Shown here: positions 16,519-25,864 of the stretch, one piece after another
Numbering within the stretch: the first letter of the stretch is position 1
How the letters are laid out: every line of letters starts with the position of its first letter
Assembly: GCA_051747265.1 (NCBI GenBank)
Contig: JBNJFY010000001.1
Span: forward strand, 877,297 to 909,296
Direction of reading: 5' to 3'
From: Bacteroidota bacterium
GTDB lineage: Bacteria; Bacteroidota; Rhodothermia; Balneolales; Balneolaceae
Length of the DNA stretch: 32,000 nt
Made by a program: the position numbers and the translations under genes
The notes under the pieces: model-generated
What the model was told of the DNA's origin: nothing
The model's database searches: none
The model's input: the letters and a program-made list of their open reading frames with translations, nothing else

Positions 16519-19500
16519 TCATCCCGTCCACTCATTGTTATTAAATCCAAAAAGTCGCGGACGTTGTCGGCTGCGAGATCCTTGCTCGCTCTGGGCCGCT
16601 TCGGCACCCGGCCGGCCGGATCCACCCGACAGACCCTCGCCTTGTCCGTTCAGTTGTTGCTCAAAGCCGCCCTGGGCTTCCGCCCCGGCTTCCTGTTGCA
16701 ATTGTACATCCACCTGCAGATCCAGCTGCTCCTGCAAATGGGCCTTAATATGTTGAATATGTTGCTGTAGCAAGCGGTTCATTTCCGCGTTGCCGGTAGT
16801 AATATGCACATGCAGCGTACCATCCGATTTCTGCATAGACAAGTTCAGTGTTTCCCCCTTGTCCAATACAATGCGATGGCGGTGCCACTGCTCTCCCCCC
16901 TTGGAGGAAGAACGCACCGGATGACGCTGAATCACTTGTGCAATTTTGTTGGGTAACTCCTGACGAGCAAACTGCATGGCCGCCGCGTCATTGCGGAACA
17001 TGGTAGGCATGCCGTCTACTTTCTTGCCAGCCATTTTAGCCGCGTCAGTCATTTTACCGGCGGCCTCCATACCCGCATCGCCCCCGGCTCCACCGGATCC
17101 TGCCTGGTTATTGGAAACACCGGCTTCTCCGCCCGAACCGCTATTTACGGAGGACGAACCGGAAGATTTGCTAGCGTCACTAATTTCTGAACGTTGGGTA
17201 TCCATGGCCAGTCGCGGCTCCTTGGAGGATTGCTGCGATGCCTTGCCGGATCCCTGCTTCGCTTGGCTTTCATTCTGTGAAGAGTTGGAAAACGAAAACG
17301 ATTTCTGTCCGGCTGATTTCGCTGATTCATTTCCTTTGGCCGAACCGTTTACCGAATTTGATTTAGCAGATTGCTGCTGCTTGGCATTCGCATTCTCATT
17401 CTTCGCACTCACCGCATCCGAAGCGCTGCGCGAAGTGGAAACCTCCGCCTGTTTGGCACTGGAAACCGCATTATTCACTTGCTTCACCTGATCAGTCGCC
17501 TTCGAAGTTGATTTGGAAACGGCGGCTTCTCCTTGTCCAGCCTTCGCGGTCTGTTGCGCATTCAAGTTTTGCGTTTTAGCAGAACCATTCTGAGATTTAA
17601 TTCCTGCCTTGGAACTCGCCTTGGCATCCAGCGGCTGCGTTTGCTGCTTCTGCTGTTGCTGTAATCCCTTCTGGGTCAATTCCGCTTTATCGGATCCCGC
17701 TGCGGTTTGCGAAGCCCCCATGGCTTTCTGCTGTGCGCCGGATTTAGAATCAGTACCTAAATATTGGTGCCCACGAATTTTACCCTGCGACCAGGTCAAG
17801 CTCTTGCTTTGTGTGGTCGAGGACTGATTAACGGACTTACTTTGGGTGCTCTTTGTATCAGTTCCCGAAACCTTAGTCGTAGTGCCTGGCTCGGGTTTCG
17901 GAGATTCCGCGGATGCCTTCGAAGCTGTTTTAGGTTTAGACTGAGTTGAAGCCGATTTATCAGTAGCCTGCGATTGTTGAGCAGTCTGCGCCTTTGATGA
18001 CAATTTCGACTTATTCGATCCACTCGCTGCTTGCGCCTGTGTCGAAGATGTAATTTCTGCATTTGCAGTGGATTTCGGCTCCACGTTTTGGGTGCCAGAG
18101 CTAGACGGCTGCATCCCTTTGTTGGATGCAGATTCCGAGCGTGAAGATTGTGAACTATTTTGCTCGGATTTTCTTACCCCGTCCGATTGTTTAGCTTCCA
18201 CTGAGTTAGTAGAATCCTTCGTATTTGAGGGCACCTCCCCAGACTTAGCAGACACCTCGCTTTTCGTCTGCACATCGTTTGAGGATTGCACAGACGACGG
18301 CTGAGAAGTTACAGTGTCAGACTTCGACGAGGAATCAGCCGCTTGGTTTTGGGATTCACTAGCTTTGTATGACTGGGAAGACTCCTCCCTATCTTGTGCA
18401 CCATTTTGTGCATCAGATATCTGGGTACCCTGTCCTTTAACCTTCTGTGTGGACGGAGCAGGTTGAGAGTCAACTTTTTTGGGTGAACTCGCCTTTGAAG
18501 CGGTTTCTGAAGACTGAGCACTCATTGTATCTGCCTCAGCCTTGGTACCACTAATCTCGGTTTGCTGATTCGCTTGTTTCGTGAATTCTACTTTATCGGA
18601 ATCTTTCTGGGTCGTTTGCTGTGCAGACGGTTGATTCTCAGACGTTGTATTTTTAGCCGGATCCGCCGTTTTCAACCTGGAATTAGTGTTTTGCGATGAA
18701 GCATCTTGCTGAGAAACCGGTGAGCTCTGGTTATCTACCTGTCCCGAATCATCTGATGTCTCTCCCTTCTTCCCAGCATTAGCGGCAACTTGTGATGCTC
18801 CCTGCTGTTTCGTTTGAACCGAGGCTTGTTGGTTCTTAGCAGCACTTTTGGAATTGGTTTTAACCTTGGCCTGCTTATCCTGAATTTGACCAGCGTGTTC
18901 TTTTTTGGTCTCAGAAGCACCTTCAGACATTGATGTTGTTTCAGATGGTGCCTGTGAGCTCTTGCTATCTACCTGCTGAGTGGACCCCGATTCGTTAGTC
19001 TTAGCAGCGTTTGGCCGGGGCTCGTTTTCAGATTGAGTTGATTGAGTCTTTTCTGCCTGATTCGCCGAAGAAGAATTTGAATTCGATTGAGCTTTTTCGC
19101 TGGATTTAGCTTCATCATTCTGCGGGGACGGTGAAGTCGACTTGGAGTCCGACTCCGATTTCGCATCAATAGGAATTTCTTTACCCGTTTTCGGATCTAC
19201 CGTAACCTTCTGCCCCTGTCCATTTTTCGCAGCATTAGTATCAGTACTTTTCGAATCTACGGTAACTTTTTGCTCCTGGGCAGCATCTCCGGATTGCTGA
19301 CTAGGTGCATTTTGATCAGCTTTTCCATGTTTCGAAACCTTGGACGCTTGTTGCGATTCGCCCGTCTTGCTTTGCTGTTTACTCTGGGAAATCTCTTTGC
19401 CATTCTTGGCTTGTTGATCGGCTAGTTGCTTGCCCTTGAGGCGGCTTTTTTGATGCTTATTTCGTTTTCCAACCACCTCTTCGCTGAGCTCGGCATTGGA

Positions 19501-19836
19501 ACCCTTTAGGTTTAAGTGAATTCCTTCCTGCTCGGCCTGCTGTAATAAACTCTTGGAGAATTGTACGCTTACCTGTAGGCCATGCTTATCAATATAGCCT
19601 TCTTTCACGCCCAGGTGTTTAGCCATCAACGATTTCAGGCTCTGCTCATCGAGCGATTCCACCCCTTGCGCTTTCAGAAACTCGATGAACTTGGCTTGAT
19701 TGACATTCAGGCCATCGCCACCTGCCTTACCCATACCTTGGGCATTAGCCAATTGGGATGCACTGGAGGCACCGGATCCGTTGGACCCTTTGCTCTCGAA
19801 AAGTTGAGCTAGCTGTTTGAAGACATTGAAATTCAT
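16519..19836 (-). CDS. fliK: Flagellar hook-length control protein FliK (1105 aa, giant low-complexity central region)
   Basis: The C-terminal Flg_hook-like domain (about aa 945-1045) is LPNKIAQVIQRHPVRSSSKGGEQWHRHRIVLDKGETLNLSMQKSDGTLHVHITTGNAEMNRLLQQHIQHIKAHLQEQ. Position between the flbB/ylxF-like gene and flgD. About aa 123-940 are S/Q/K/A/T/N-rich and nearly free of aromatic or bulky hydrophobic residues. Confidence 0.8.
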   Translation of the reverse strand: MNFNVFKQLAQLFESKGSNGSGASSASQLANAQGMGKAGGDGLNVNQAKFIEFLKAQGVESLDEQSLKSLMAKHLGVKEGYIDKHGLQVSVQFSKSLLQQAEQEGIHLNLKGSNAELSEEVVGKRNKHQKSRLKGKQLADQQAKNGKEISQSKQQSKTGESQQASKVSKHGKADQNAPSQQSGDAAQEQKVTVDSKSTDTNAAKNGQGQKVTVDPKTGKEIPIDAKSESDSKSTSPSPQNDEAKSSEKAQSNSNSSSANQAEKTQSTQSENEPRPNAAKTNESGSTQQVDSKSSQAPSETTSMSEGASETKKEHAGQIQDKQAKVKTNSKSAAKNQQASVQTKQQGASQVAANAGKKGETSDDSGQVDNQSSPVSQQDASSQNTNSRLKTADPAKNTTSENQPSAQQTTQKDSDKVEFTKQANQQTEISGTKAEADTMSAQSSETASKASSPKKVDSQPAPSTQKVKGQGTQISDAQNGAQDREESSQSYKASESQNQAADSSSKSDTVTSQPSSVQSSNDVQTKSEVSAKSGEVPSNTKDSTNSVEAKQSDGVRKSEQNSSQSSRSESASNKGMQPSSSGTQNVEPKSTANAEITSSTQAQAASGSNKSKLSSKAQTAQQSQATDKSASTQSKPKTASKASAESPKPEPGTTTKVSGTDTKSTQSKSVNQSSTTQSKSLTWSQGKIRGHQYLGTDSKSGAQQKAMGASQTAAGSDKAELTQKGLQQQQKQQTQPLDAKASSKAGIKSQNGSAKTQNLNAQQTAKAGQGEAAVSKSTSKATDQVKQVNNAVSSAKQAEVSTSRSASDAVSAKNENANAKQQQSAKSNSVNGSAKGNESAKSAGQKSFSFSNSSQNESQAKQGSGKASQQSSKEPRLAMDTQRSEISDASKSSGSSSVNSGSGGEAGVSNNQAGSGGAGGDAGMEAAGKMTDAAKMAGKKVDGMPTMFRNDAAAMQFARQELPNKIAQVIQRHPVRSSSKGGEQWHRHRIVLDKGETLNLSMQKSDGTLHVHITTGNAEMNRLLQQHIQHIKAHLQEQLDLQVDVQLQQEAGAEAQGGFEQQLNGQGEGLSGGSGRPGAEAAQSEQGSRSRQRPRLFGFNNNEWTG

Positions 19837-20474
19837 TTCATGACCCTCCGTAGTAAGGTCGCTGCTTTGCCTGGATCAAGCGAACGCATCAGCTTGGAAC
19901 GGCGAATGTTGCTTGAATTCGTGTACAGCTCTTCGAGTTGCGAATCGGTGAGCCTGTTTACAATCGGTCCCAGCTCTTCTTCATCGAGGGTCATGAGACT
20001 TTTGGCAATGGCAGCTAACCTGCCATCACCTTCCAGTCCATTGGACGCTGACGTCCCCCCGCCGAATCCACCTCCAAAGGCAAATCGATCAGCATTATCC
20101 TGCTGTCCGTTTTGCAATTGTGCTTCCAGACGAGCAATACGCCGATCCTTCCGATCGGTCTCCCGTTGCAAAGAGTCGATCACTTGGATATCGCGATCGT
20201 CTTTGTCCTGTCGCGAGGCAATTTGCTCTTCCAGTTGCTCAATTTCTTCCTGGAGGCTCATCACTGCAGCCGGACCGAAGCGGACATAATCAAATTCGTA
20301 ATATCCTTTTGAAGGTCGCGGCATTTCTATTCGAGTAGATTCGATCTCCGCATCCGGGTTGAACACCGGGTACAGATAAAACGAAACCATCATGAATAGA
20401 AGGAATGCAGCAATCAAGGCAAGGACAATCAGTATGATGCGTCGCGTACCATACATGGTTACCTCCTTTGCCAA
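19833..20474 (-). CDS. FlbB/YlxF-like flagellar protein (TM + coiled coil + MgtE-N-like C-terminal domain)
   Basis: 213 aa. The N-terminal TM is IILIVLALIAAFLLFMMVSFYLY, followed by a coiled coil (LQEEIEQLEEQIASRQ...ARLEAQLQ). The C-terminal LAAIAKSLMTLDEEELGPIVNRLTDSQLEELY resembles the MgtE intracellular N domain. It occupies the fliJ-fliK slot held by ylxF/flbB in other operons. The start overlaps fliJ by 16 nt and the stop overlaps the fliK start (ATGA). Confidence 0.55.
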   Translation of the reverse strand: MAKEVTMYGTRRIILIVLALIAAFLLFMMVSFYLYPVFNPDAEIESTRIEMPRPSKGYYEFDYVRFGPAAVMSLQEEIEQLEEQIASRQDKDDRDIQVIDSLQRETDRKDRRIARLEAQLQNGQQDNADRFAFGGGFGGGTSASNGLEGDGRLAAIAKSLMTLDEEELGPIVNRLTDSQLEELYTNSSNIRRSKLMRSLDPGKAATLLRRVMK

Positions 20475-20920
20475 TTATATCGCTGGGTAGCGATTTCATT
20501 GAGCTGTTTCTCTTCCAGCTTGTCAACACGTTCAAGGAACTGCATTCGCTGCTGAGATTCAAGATTTTCGAGCACTTTGACTCTTTTGTTAGCCGAAACT
20601 AACGCTTTCCGTTCTTTTTCTACCTCTTTTTTGATTTCCTGTAACTGTTTTTTCAAATCATACACACGCTGATGCAGGTCCTGCAAGTAGTTGAAATGCA
20701 CATTCAACTTGCGGTGCTGCATGCGTTGTTCACCGCTGGATCGCTCCATTTCTTCAGCGGATCCGCGATTGTGGCGTTCAATTTCCTGATGCACGTTTTC
20801 CAATTCATCTTGCAAATCTTGCTGCCGCTGACGAACCTTAGCGAACTTCATCCGCTGTTGTTCTTCTTCATGGCGGCGAACACGCAATACCGGAGCCAGC
20901 TTAAATTTGAATGCTTTCAT
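20459..20920 (-). CDS. fliJ: Flagellar export chaperone/stalk protein FliJ
   Basis: 153-aa all-helical coiled-coil protein. The N-terminus FKFKLAPVLRVRRHEEEQ is typical of FliJ. It lies immediately downstream of fliI. Confidence 0.75.
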   Translation of the reverse strand: MKAFKFKLAPVLRVRRHEEEQQRMKFAKVRQRQQDLQDELENVHQEIERHNRGSAEEMERSSGEQRMQHRKLNVHFNYLQDLHQRVYDLKKQLQEIKKEVEKERKALVSANKRVKVLENLESQQRMQFLERVDKLEEKQLNEIATQRYNWQRR

Positions 20921-20930
20921 CGTCTACCTC

Positions 20931-22244
20931 CTATCCCTGCAATATTTGTTGTAGACGCTGCCAGATATCGGTATCAAAATCACTGTCGTTGATATCTTGC
21001 GTTAAAAACTCATTCAGATCATCAATCTTGGCGATGGCTTTATCAATTTTGGGATTACTGCCCTTCACATAGGCGCCAATATTGATCAGATCTTCCGCCT
21101 CCTGATAATTGGCTAAAATCTCGCGAGCCTGTTGAGCTAACATCCGCTGGTTTTTAGAAATAATCTTAGGCATCACCCGGGACACACTGCCCAGCACATC
21201 TACAGCCGGATAGTGATTTTTATTAGCCAGATTGCGAGAAAGCACAATGTGGCCGTCAATAATCGAGCGCACCGCATCGGCTACCGGATCATTCAGGTCG
21301 TCGTTATCCACCAGTACGGTATACAGTCCGGTGATGCTTCCCTTCTGGTTTTTACCTGCCCGCTCTAACAACTGCGGCAGTTTGGCAAATACACTGGGCG
21401 GATAACCTTTGTTGGTAGGCGGCTCACCGGAAGCCAATCCAATTTCACGCTGAGCCATGGCTACACGAGTCACCGAATCCATCATGAGCAACACATTCTT
21501 GCCTTGATCGCGGAAATATTCGGCGATGGCGGTGGCCGCGTTGGCCCCTTTCACCCGGCTCATGGCCGCCTGATCGGAAGTCACGGCAACCACTACGGAG
21601 CGTTTTAACCCTTCCTCACCCAGCGAATCTTCCAAGAACTCACGGACCTCTCGTCCACGTTCGCCAATCAGACCGATTACGTTCACATCGGCATCGGAAT
21701 GCTTGGCGATCATTCCCATCATCACACTCTTCCCCACACCGGATCCGGCGAAAATACCCATCCGCTGGCCTTGGCCCACGGTGGTAAACGCATCAATGGA
21801 TCGGATGCCGGTGCGAAGCGGTTTGTCGATGGTTTCTCGTTCCATCGGCCCGGGGGCGTCCTGGTAGAGCGGATATTCCTTCGTCTGTTGCAAAGGCCCA
21901 CCGTTGTCGATCGGATCCACGTTGGCATCTACCACGCGACCCAAAAGTCCTTCCCCCACATGAATGGTCAACGGTCGTCGCATCCGCTCTACCAGCACAC
22001 CCGCGCGCAATCCTTCGGTGCGATCGAGTGGCATCATTACAGTAACATTGTCGCGCAACCCGACTACTTCGGCCTGCACTTTATTTTGTGAGTTGGCGTG
22101 AATAATAAAATGTTCACCCAGAGAAGCGTCCACGCCAGTCACTTCAATTACCAGACCCACCACGGAGCTGACCCGCCCATACCGGGTCGGCTGTACCACC
22201 GACTCGCGCACTTGGGATCGTATATCATCGACCATGGTCAGCAT
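20931..22244 (-). CDS. fliI: Flagellum-specific ATPase FliI
   Basis: 437 aa. Walker A is GSGVGKS and Walker B is VLLMMDSVTR, with F1/T3SS ATPase architecture. It lies between fliH and fliJ. Confidence 0.95.
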   Translation of the reverse strand: MLTMVDDIRSQVRESVVQPTRYGRVSSVVGLVIEVTGVDASLGEHFIIHANSQNKVQAEVVGLRDNVTVMMPLDRTEGLRAGVLVERMRRPLTIHVGEGLLGRVVDANVDPIDNGGPLQQTKEYPLYQDAPGPMERETIDKPLRTGIRSIDAFTTVGQGQRMGIFAGSGVGKSVMMGMIAKHSDADVNVIGLIGERGREVREFLEDSLGEEGLKRSVVVAVTSDQAAMSRVKGANAATAIAEYFRDQGKNVLLMMDSVTRVAMAQREIGLASGEPPTNKGYPPSVFAKLPQLLERAGKNQKGSITGLYTVLVDNDDLNDPVADAVRSIIDGHIVLSRNLANKNHYPAVDVLGSVSRVMPKIISKNQRMLAQQAREILANYQEAEDLINIGAYVKGSNPKIDKAIAKIDDLNEFLTQDINDSDFDTDIWQRLQQILQG

Positions 22245-22258
22245 GGCAAATCCTTTCT

Positions 22259-22999
22259 TTATTGTTGATCCGAATTAGTGGATTCATCTTGGGAATCATC
22301 ATCCACTAAATGCGTCCAATCTTTTACGCGCAGATCGTCGCGCATGTCAGCCAGCGATTTCTGAAAATTTCGCACGACTGCCTCGCGATTGGTTTCTACA
22401 AAATATTCGCCCGGCTGCAGGGTCTCGTCGGCCTGCACGTGTATATTCCGGTTCTCGTACTGCTGAGTAATTTTCTGTATGGATTCAAAATCCTGGTGAC
22501 TCACATACACCTGAATACGCAGCGATTCATCCAGCCGCTCCAGGGTAGATCGCACTTCGCGCCGGACACGCTCGCGAAGTTGCGCGCTGTCTAACGGAAT
22601 ACCGATAATTTTTTCGGCCACATCAAATATCATCGTGGTCACGCCCGGTGAAAGCTCCTCAACCACCTGTTCAACTTTATTACCTGCCACATCCAGGGCT
22701 TGTTTAAAAGCATCCAGTTGTTGATCGATGCGTTTGGTAGCTTGCTGGCGCCCTTCTTCCAAACCACGCTGATAACCTTCCTGCTGGGCTTGATTGCGCA
22801 CTTCTTCCAGCCGCTGATGCCACTGGCGATTATTTTCTTCAATCGCTTGTTCCAACTCTTCCAAACTGGCTTGCTCTGCAGCTTCCTCCTGCTCCTTCTC
22901 AATTTCGGGCTGGCGGAACACCACGTCGTAGGATAGACGGGTGGCATCCGCCTCATCCATATCCAGTCGTTCTTTGTATATCAGTTTGCTAGACGCCAT
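22259..22999 (-). CDS. fliH: Flagellar assembly protein FliH
   Basis: 246 aa with an E/Q/R-rich coiled-coil N-terminal half and a FliH-like C-terminal half. Position between fliG and fliI. Confidence 0.75.
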   Translation of the reverse strand: MASSKLIYKERLDMDEADATRLSYDVVFRQPEIEKEQEEAAEQASLEELEQAIEENNRQWHQRLEEVRNQAQQEGYQRGLEEGRQQATKRIDQQLDAFKQALDVAGNKVEQVVEELSPGVTTMIFDVAEKIIGIPLDSAQLRERVRREVRSTLERLDESLRIQVYVSHQDFESIQKITQQYENRNIHVQADETLQPGEYFVETNREAVVRNFQKSLADMRDDLRVKDWTHLVDDDSQDESTNSDQQ

Positions 23000-23032
23000 T
23001 TGTTGCCTAAATAAAAAAGTTCAGTTTCCCTG

Positions 23033-23063
23033 TCGTCAGACAAACTGTCTGACGAACTTTTTT
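23033..23063 (+). terminator. Perfect hairpin plus T-tract oriented antisense to the operon, in the fliG-fliH gap
   Basis: TCGTCAGACA (23033-23042), AAC loop, TGTCTGACGA (23046-23055), then ACTTTTTT (to 23063) on the plus strand. It is flanked upstream by the complementary AAAAAAGTT (23013-23021). On the sense (minus) strand the U-run is 13 nt from the stem. Confidence 0.4.
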
Positions 23064-23082
23064 AACCCTTATTTTGCACCTC

Positions 23083-24111
23083 TTATTCGATCATCTTCTC
23101 GTTTTCGGTCTTTCGAATGGAAATCTCACCCACTTCCTCAAGCTGCTTGATTTGCTGGATGATACGTTGCTGCGCTTCTTCGACTTCCTTCACCCGCACC
23201 GGACCCAAGGCATCCATATCTTCCATAAGAATACTCTTGGCACGATTGGACATATTGGTAGTAAACTTTTTGAGCAGCTCTTTGCTGGCACCTTTGAGGG
23301 CCACCACCAGATCCCGCTTGTCGATCTCCACAATAACACGCTGAACCACCCGATCTTGCAGATCCAGAATATCCTCGAACAGGAACATCAGGTTCTTGAT
23401 CTCCTGGGCCAGATCCGGATCGCGATCTTCGATATCCTCGAGCACCAAACGCTCGGTGGAAATCGTAGAGGCGTTCAAAATGTTGGCCACAATAGATGCA
23501 CCATTGGAAGCCAAAGTGGTTTCCGATCCGTCCAAGCCCCCCATCTGATCACGGATTACGTGTTCAATTTCTTTGATCACTTCCGGCGAGGTTTTGTTCA
23601 TGGTGGCCAGACGATAGGCTACATCGGCGCGAATATCTTCATCCAGATTGGAAAGCACTTCCGCGGAGCGCTCTACATTCAAGTGTCCTAAGATCAAGGC
23701 CGAGACCTGCGGGTGTTCATTCTGTAAAAACTGCACCATTTGGTTGGTATCCGCCGTCTGAAACAGCGCAAAAGCACTCGTTTCGGTGGCCGCCTCGATA
23801 CGGCGCAGCAATTCACGGGCTCCACGATCGCCCTTAGAGCTTTTCAAAATTTCGCGGGCGTAATCCATACCGCCCTCCATGACGTACTGTTTGGCTAACA
23901 TCAGATCGTAAAACTCCTGTAGTACATCATCTACCACTTGGGGAGCAATATTTTTCAAATTGGCGATCTCTATGGTGATCCGTTCGATCTCCGAATCGCT
24001 CAACTCTTTAAAAATACGCGAGGCCGGCTCGATACCTATGGCAATCATAAGTACCGCGGTTTTCTGCAAACCAGTTAGCTCTGTGGCATCATCTAATGTT
24101 TGGGAAGCCAT
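23083..24111 (-). CDS. fliG: Flagellar motor switch protein FliG
   Basis: 342 aa. Motifs GLQKTAVLMIAIG, EHPQVSALILGHL, MFLFEDI, and a C-terminal charged helix region. Confidence 0.95.
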   Translation of the reverse strand: MASQTLDDATELTGLQKTAVLMIAIGIEPASRIFKELSDSEIERITIEIANLKNIAPQVVDDVLQEFYDLMLAKQYVMEGGMDYAREILKSSKGDRGARELLRRIEAATETSAFALFQTADTNQMVQFLQNEHPQVSALILGHLNVERSAEVLSNLDEDIRADVAYRLATMNKTSPEVIKEIEHVIRDQMGGLDGSETTLASNGASIVANILNASTISTERLVLEDIEDRDPDLAQEIKNLMFLFEDILDLQDRVVQRVIVEIDKRDLVVALKGASKELLKKFTTNMSNRAKSILMEDMDALGPVRVKEVEEAQQRIIQQIKQLEEVGEISIRKTENEKMIE

Positions 24112-24114
24112 GTA

Positions 24115-25830
24115 TTAATTCTCCTTGTTTTGAACCAACATACTTCGAATCAAGTTGGCTGCTTCATCGGACTTAAACTCCGCGAAATTCTTAATCTCTT
24201 CGAACATCTTCGATTTCATCTTCAGGCGACGCTGAGCTTCCGGTGAAAGTTTCCGGCGATACATATCGGTAACTTTTTCCAGCTCGGTCTCATAGGCTTC
24301 ATCATCCACCATACCATCCTCTCCGGCTTGGGCACCTTTGCCTTCTTCTCGCTGCTTGGGAAATTGCTTGCGCTTGCCTTCTTCTTCCTGGCCACGTCCT
24401 TCCACTTCTTTCTGCATAAAGAAGGGCGGACTCATACTTGGGAACATGCGTCGCAAGATGGCATAAATGATGGCCATAGATCCCAACACCGCCAGCAAAA
24501 TTACCCCCCAACGGATCAGCTCGTTGTATCGCTGTTGTTCTTGATACAACTGCTGTTGCTCCTGCATATAATTCTCAACCGAATTATCGAACCGAACCTG
24601 ATTAATAGATAACTGATCGCCCCGCCCCAGGTCCAACCCGATAGCAGCGCTTACCACATCCCTGATCTCATTTAATTCCTGATTGGTATAACGTTGAAAC
24701 GCAACCGAATCTTGCCCATTGGCCCCTTCAAGTACTTGGCGCTTATGGTTTAGCAATACCGAGGCGGTCATTCGCTGAACATTTCCCAGGGGCTTCTCAT
24801 AAGTTTGCTGCGTGGTATTGACCTCATAATTCCGGGTATAATTGGTCGACTGATTATTATCCGTTTCGGTGGTTATCGTTTGTCCACGCATAGCCGGCGG
24901 CGTGTAGTCATCATATTCTATAGGCTGACCCTGCGTATTATTGGTCGATTGGGTCTGCTTCTCTTCAGAAATGACAATACGACTGTCCGGGTCAATCAAC
25001 CGGCTTTCCCGCTTTAGTTTTTCGAAATCATGCTTGGTGGATACCCGAACAATGGCATTTCCGGCTCCTACTACCCGATCCAGCATACTCTGCGCTTTGT
25101 TCATCAGATAGCTTTCCACACTTTTCTGATGTTTCATTTGCGCATTGCTGGCTGCCAAGGCCTCATCCATCATCTCATTATTACTAATCTTATTCCCCTT
25201 CTGATCAATAATGGTGACTTTATCCTTGGACAGTTTTTCTACACTTCCGGCTACCAACGAGCTAATGCCATCAATTTGAGGGGTGGATAGCTGTTGTCCG
25301 GGAGCTACGGTCAGAATCACCGAAGCCGTGGCTTCCACGTTAGACTCTTCAAAGGGAGATCGCTCAGGCAAAACCAGATGCACCCTGGAAAATTCGACTT
25401 GCGCCAGCGCATTGATGGTTCGGGCTAATTCGCCTTCCAAAGCGCGTTTCATATTCACCCGTTGCATAAAATCGGTCATGCCCAAGGTGCTGGAATCAAA
25501 AAGCTCGTATCCCTTGTATTCGGAACTCTTCATCCCTTGGGAAGCATACTGCAACCGAAGATCGTACACCTGCGAGCGAGGCACCATAATCGCGGAGCCG
25601 TTTTGCTCCAATTGATAATCCACGCCTTGATCTTTCAGCTCAGATACTATTTCCTGTGCGCTATCCGGATTTAAGGATCCGAACAACAGGGCATAATCGG
25701 GTCGGGATGCCCAGAAAAACAGCATTGATAATATTCCCAACACAACCACACTCAATAGTCCGAACAACAAGCGCTGAGCGGTATTAAGCGGGCCGAAGAA
25801 GGCTTTTAATTGTTCCACAAAACGATCCAT
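24115..25830 (-). CDS. fliF: Flagellar MS-ring protein FliF
   Basis: 571 aa with an N-terminal TM, a YscJ/FliF periplasmic region (YALLFGSLNPDSAQEIVSELKDQGVDYQL), a second TM near aa 445, and a C-terminal FliG-binding tail. Confidence 0.9.
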   Translation of the reverse strand: MDRFVEQLKAFFGPLNTAQRLLFGLLSVVVLGILSMLFFWASRPDYALLFGSLNPDSAQEIVSELKDQGVDYQLEQNGSAIMVPRSQVYDLRLQYASQGMKSSEYKGYELFDSSTLGMTDFMQRVNMKRALEGELARTINALAQVEFSRVHLVLPERSPFEESNVEATASVILTVAPGQQLSTPQIDGISSLVAGSVEKLSKDKVTIIDQKGNKISNNEMMDEALAASNAQMKHQKSVESYLMNKAQSMLDRVVGAGNAIVRVSTKHDFEKLKRESRLIDPDSRIVISEEKQTQSTNNTQGQPIEYDDYTPPAMRGQTITTETDNNQSTNYTRNYEVNTTQQTYEKPLGNVQRMTASVLLNHKRQVLEGANGQDSVAFQRYTNQELNEIRDVVSAAIGLDLGRGDQLSINQVRFDNSVENYMQEQQQLYQEQQRYNELIRWGVILLAVLGSMAIIYAILRRMFPSMSPPFFMQKEVEGRGQEEEGKRKQFPKQREEGKGAQAGEDGMVDDEAYETELEKVTDMYRRKLSPEAQRRLKMKSKMFEEIKNFAEFKSDEAANLIRSMLVQNKEN

Positions 25831-25864
25831 GTAAACAGTTCTCGTCTAAATCTTATAAAGTATC

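Noticed and set aside
16022-16756. 244-aa plus-strand ORF antisense to flgD and the fliK 3' end
   Set aside because: It lies entirely opposite two genes with clear family motifs. Its sequence is Arg/Leu/His/Gln-rich, as expected for the antisense frame of these genes, and it has no recognisable domain or plausible start context.
17017-19470. Suspected tandem DNA repeats, contingency locus or CRISPR-like periodicity in the fliK low-complexity region
   Set aside because: The bias is at the amino-acid level only. Reading the DNA, I find no regular repeat unit or repeat-spacer pattern. The only duplication is one short module encoding QKVTVD (about 19195-19272).
23074-23691. 205-aa plus-strand ORF antisense to fliG
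   Set aside because: fliG on the minus strand is unambiguous (EHPQVSALILGHL, MFLFEDI). The antisense ORF has low-information His/Leu/Phe/Gly-rich composition, typical of a shadow ORF.
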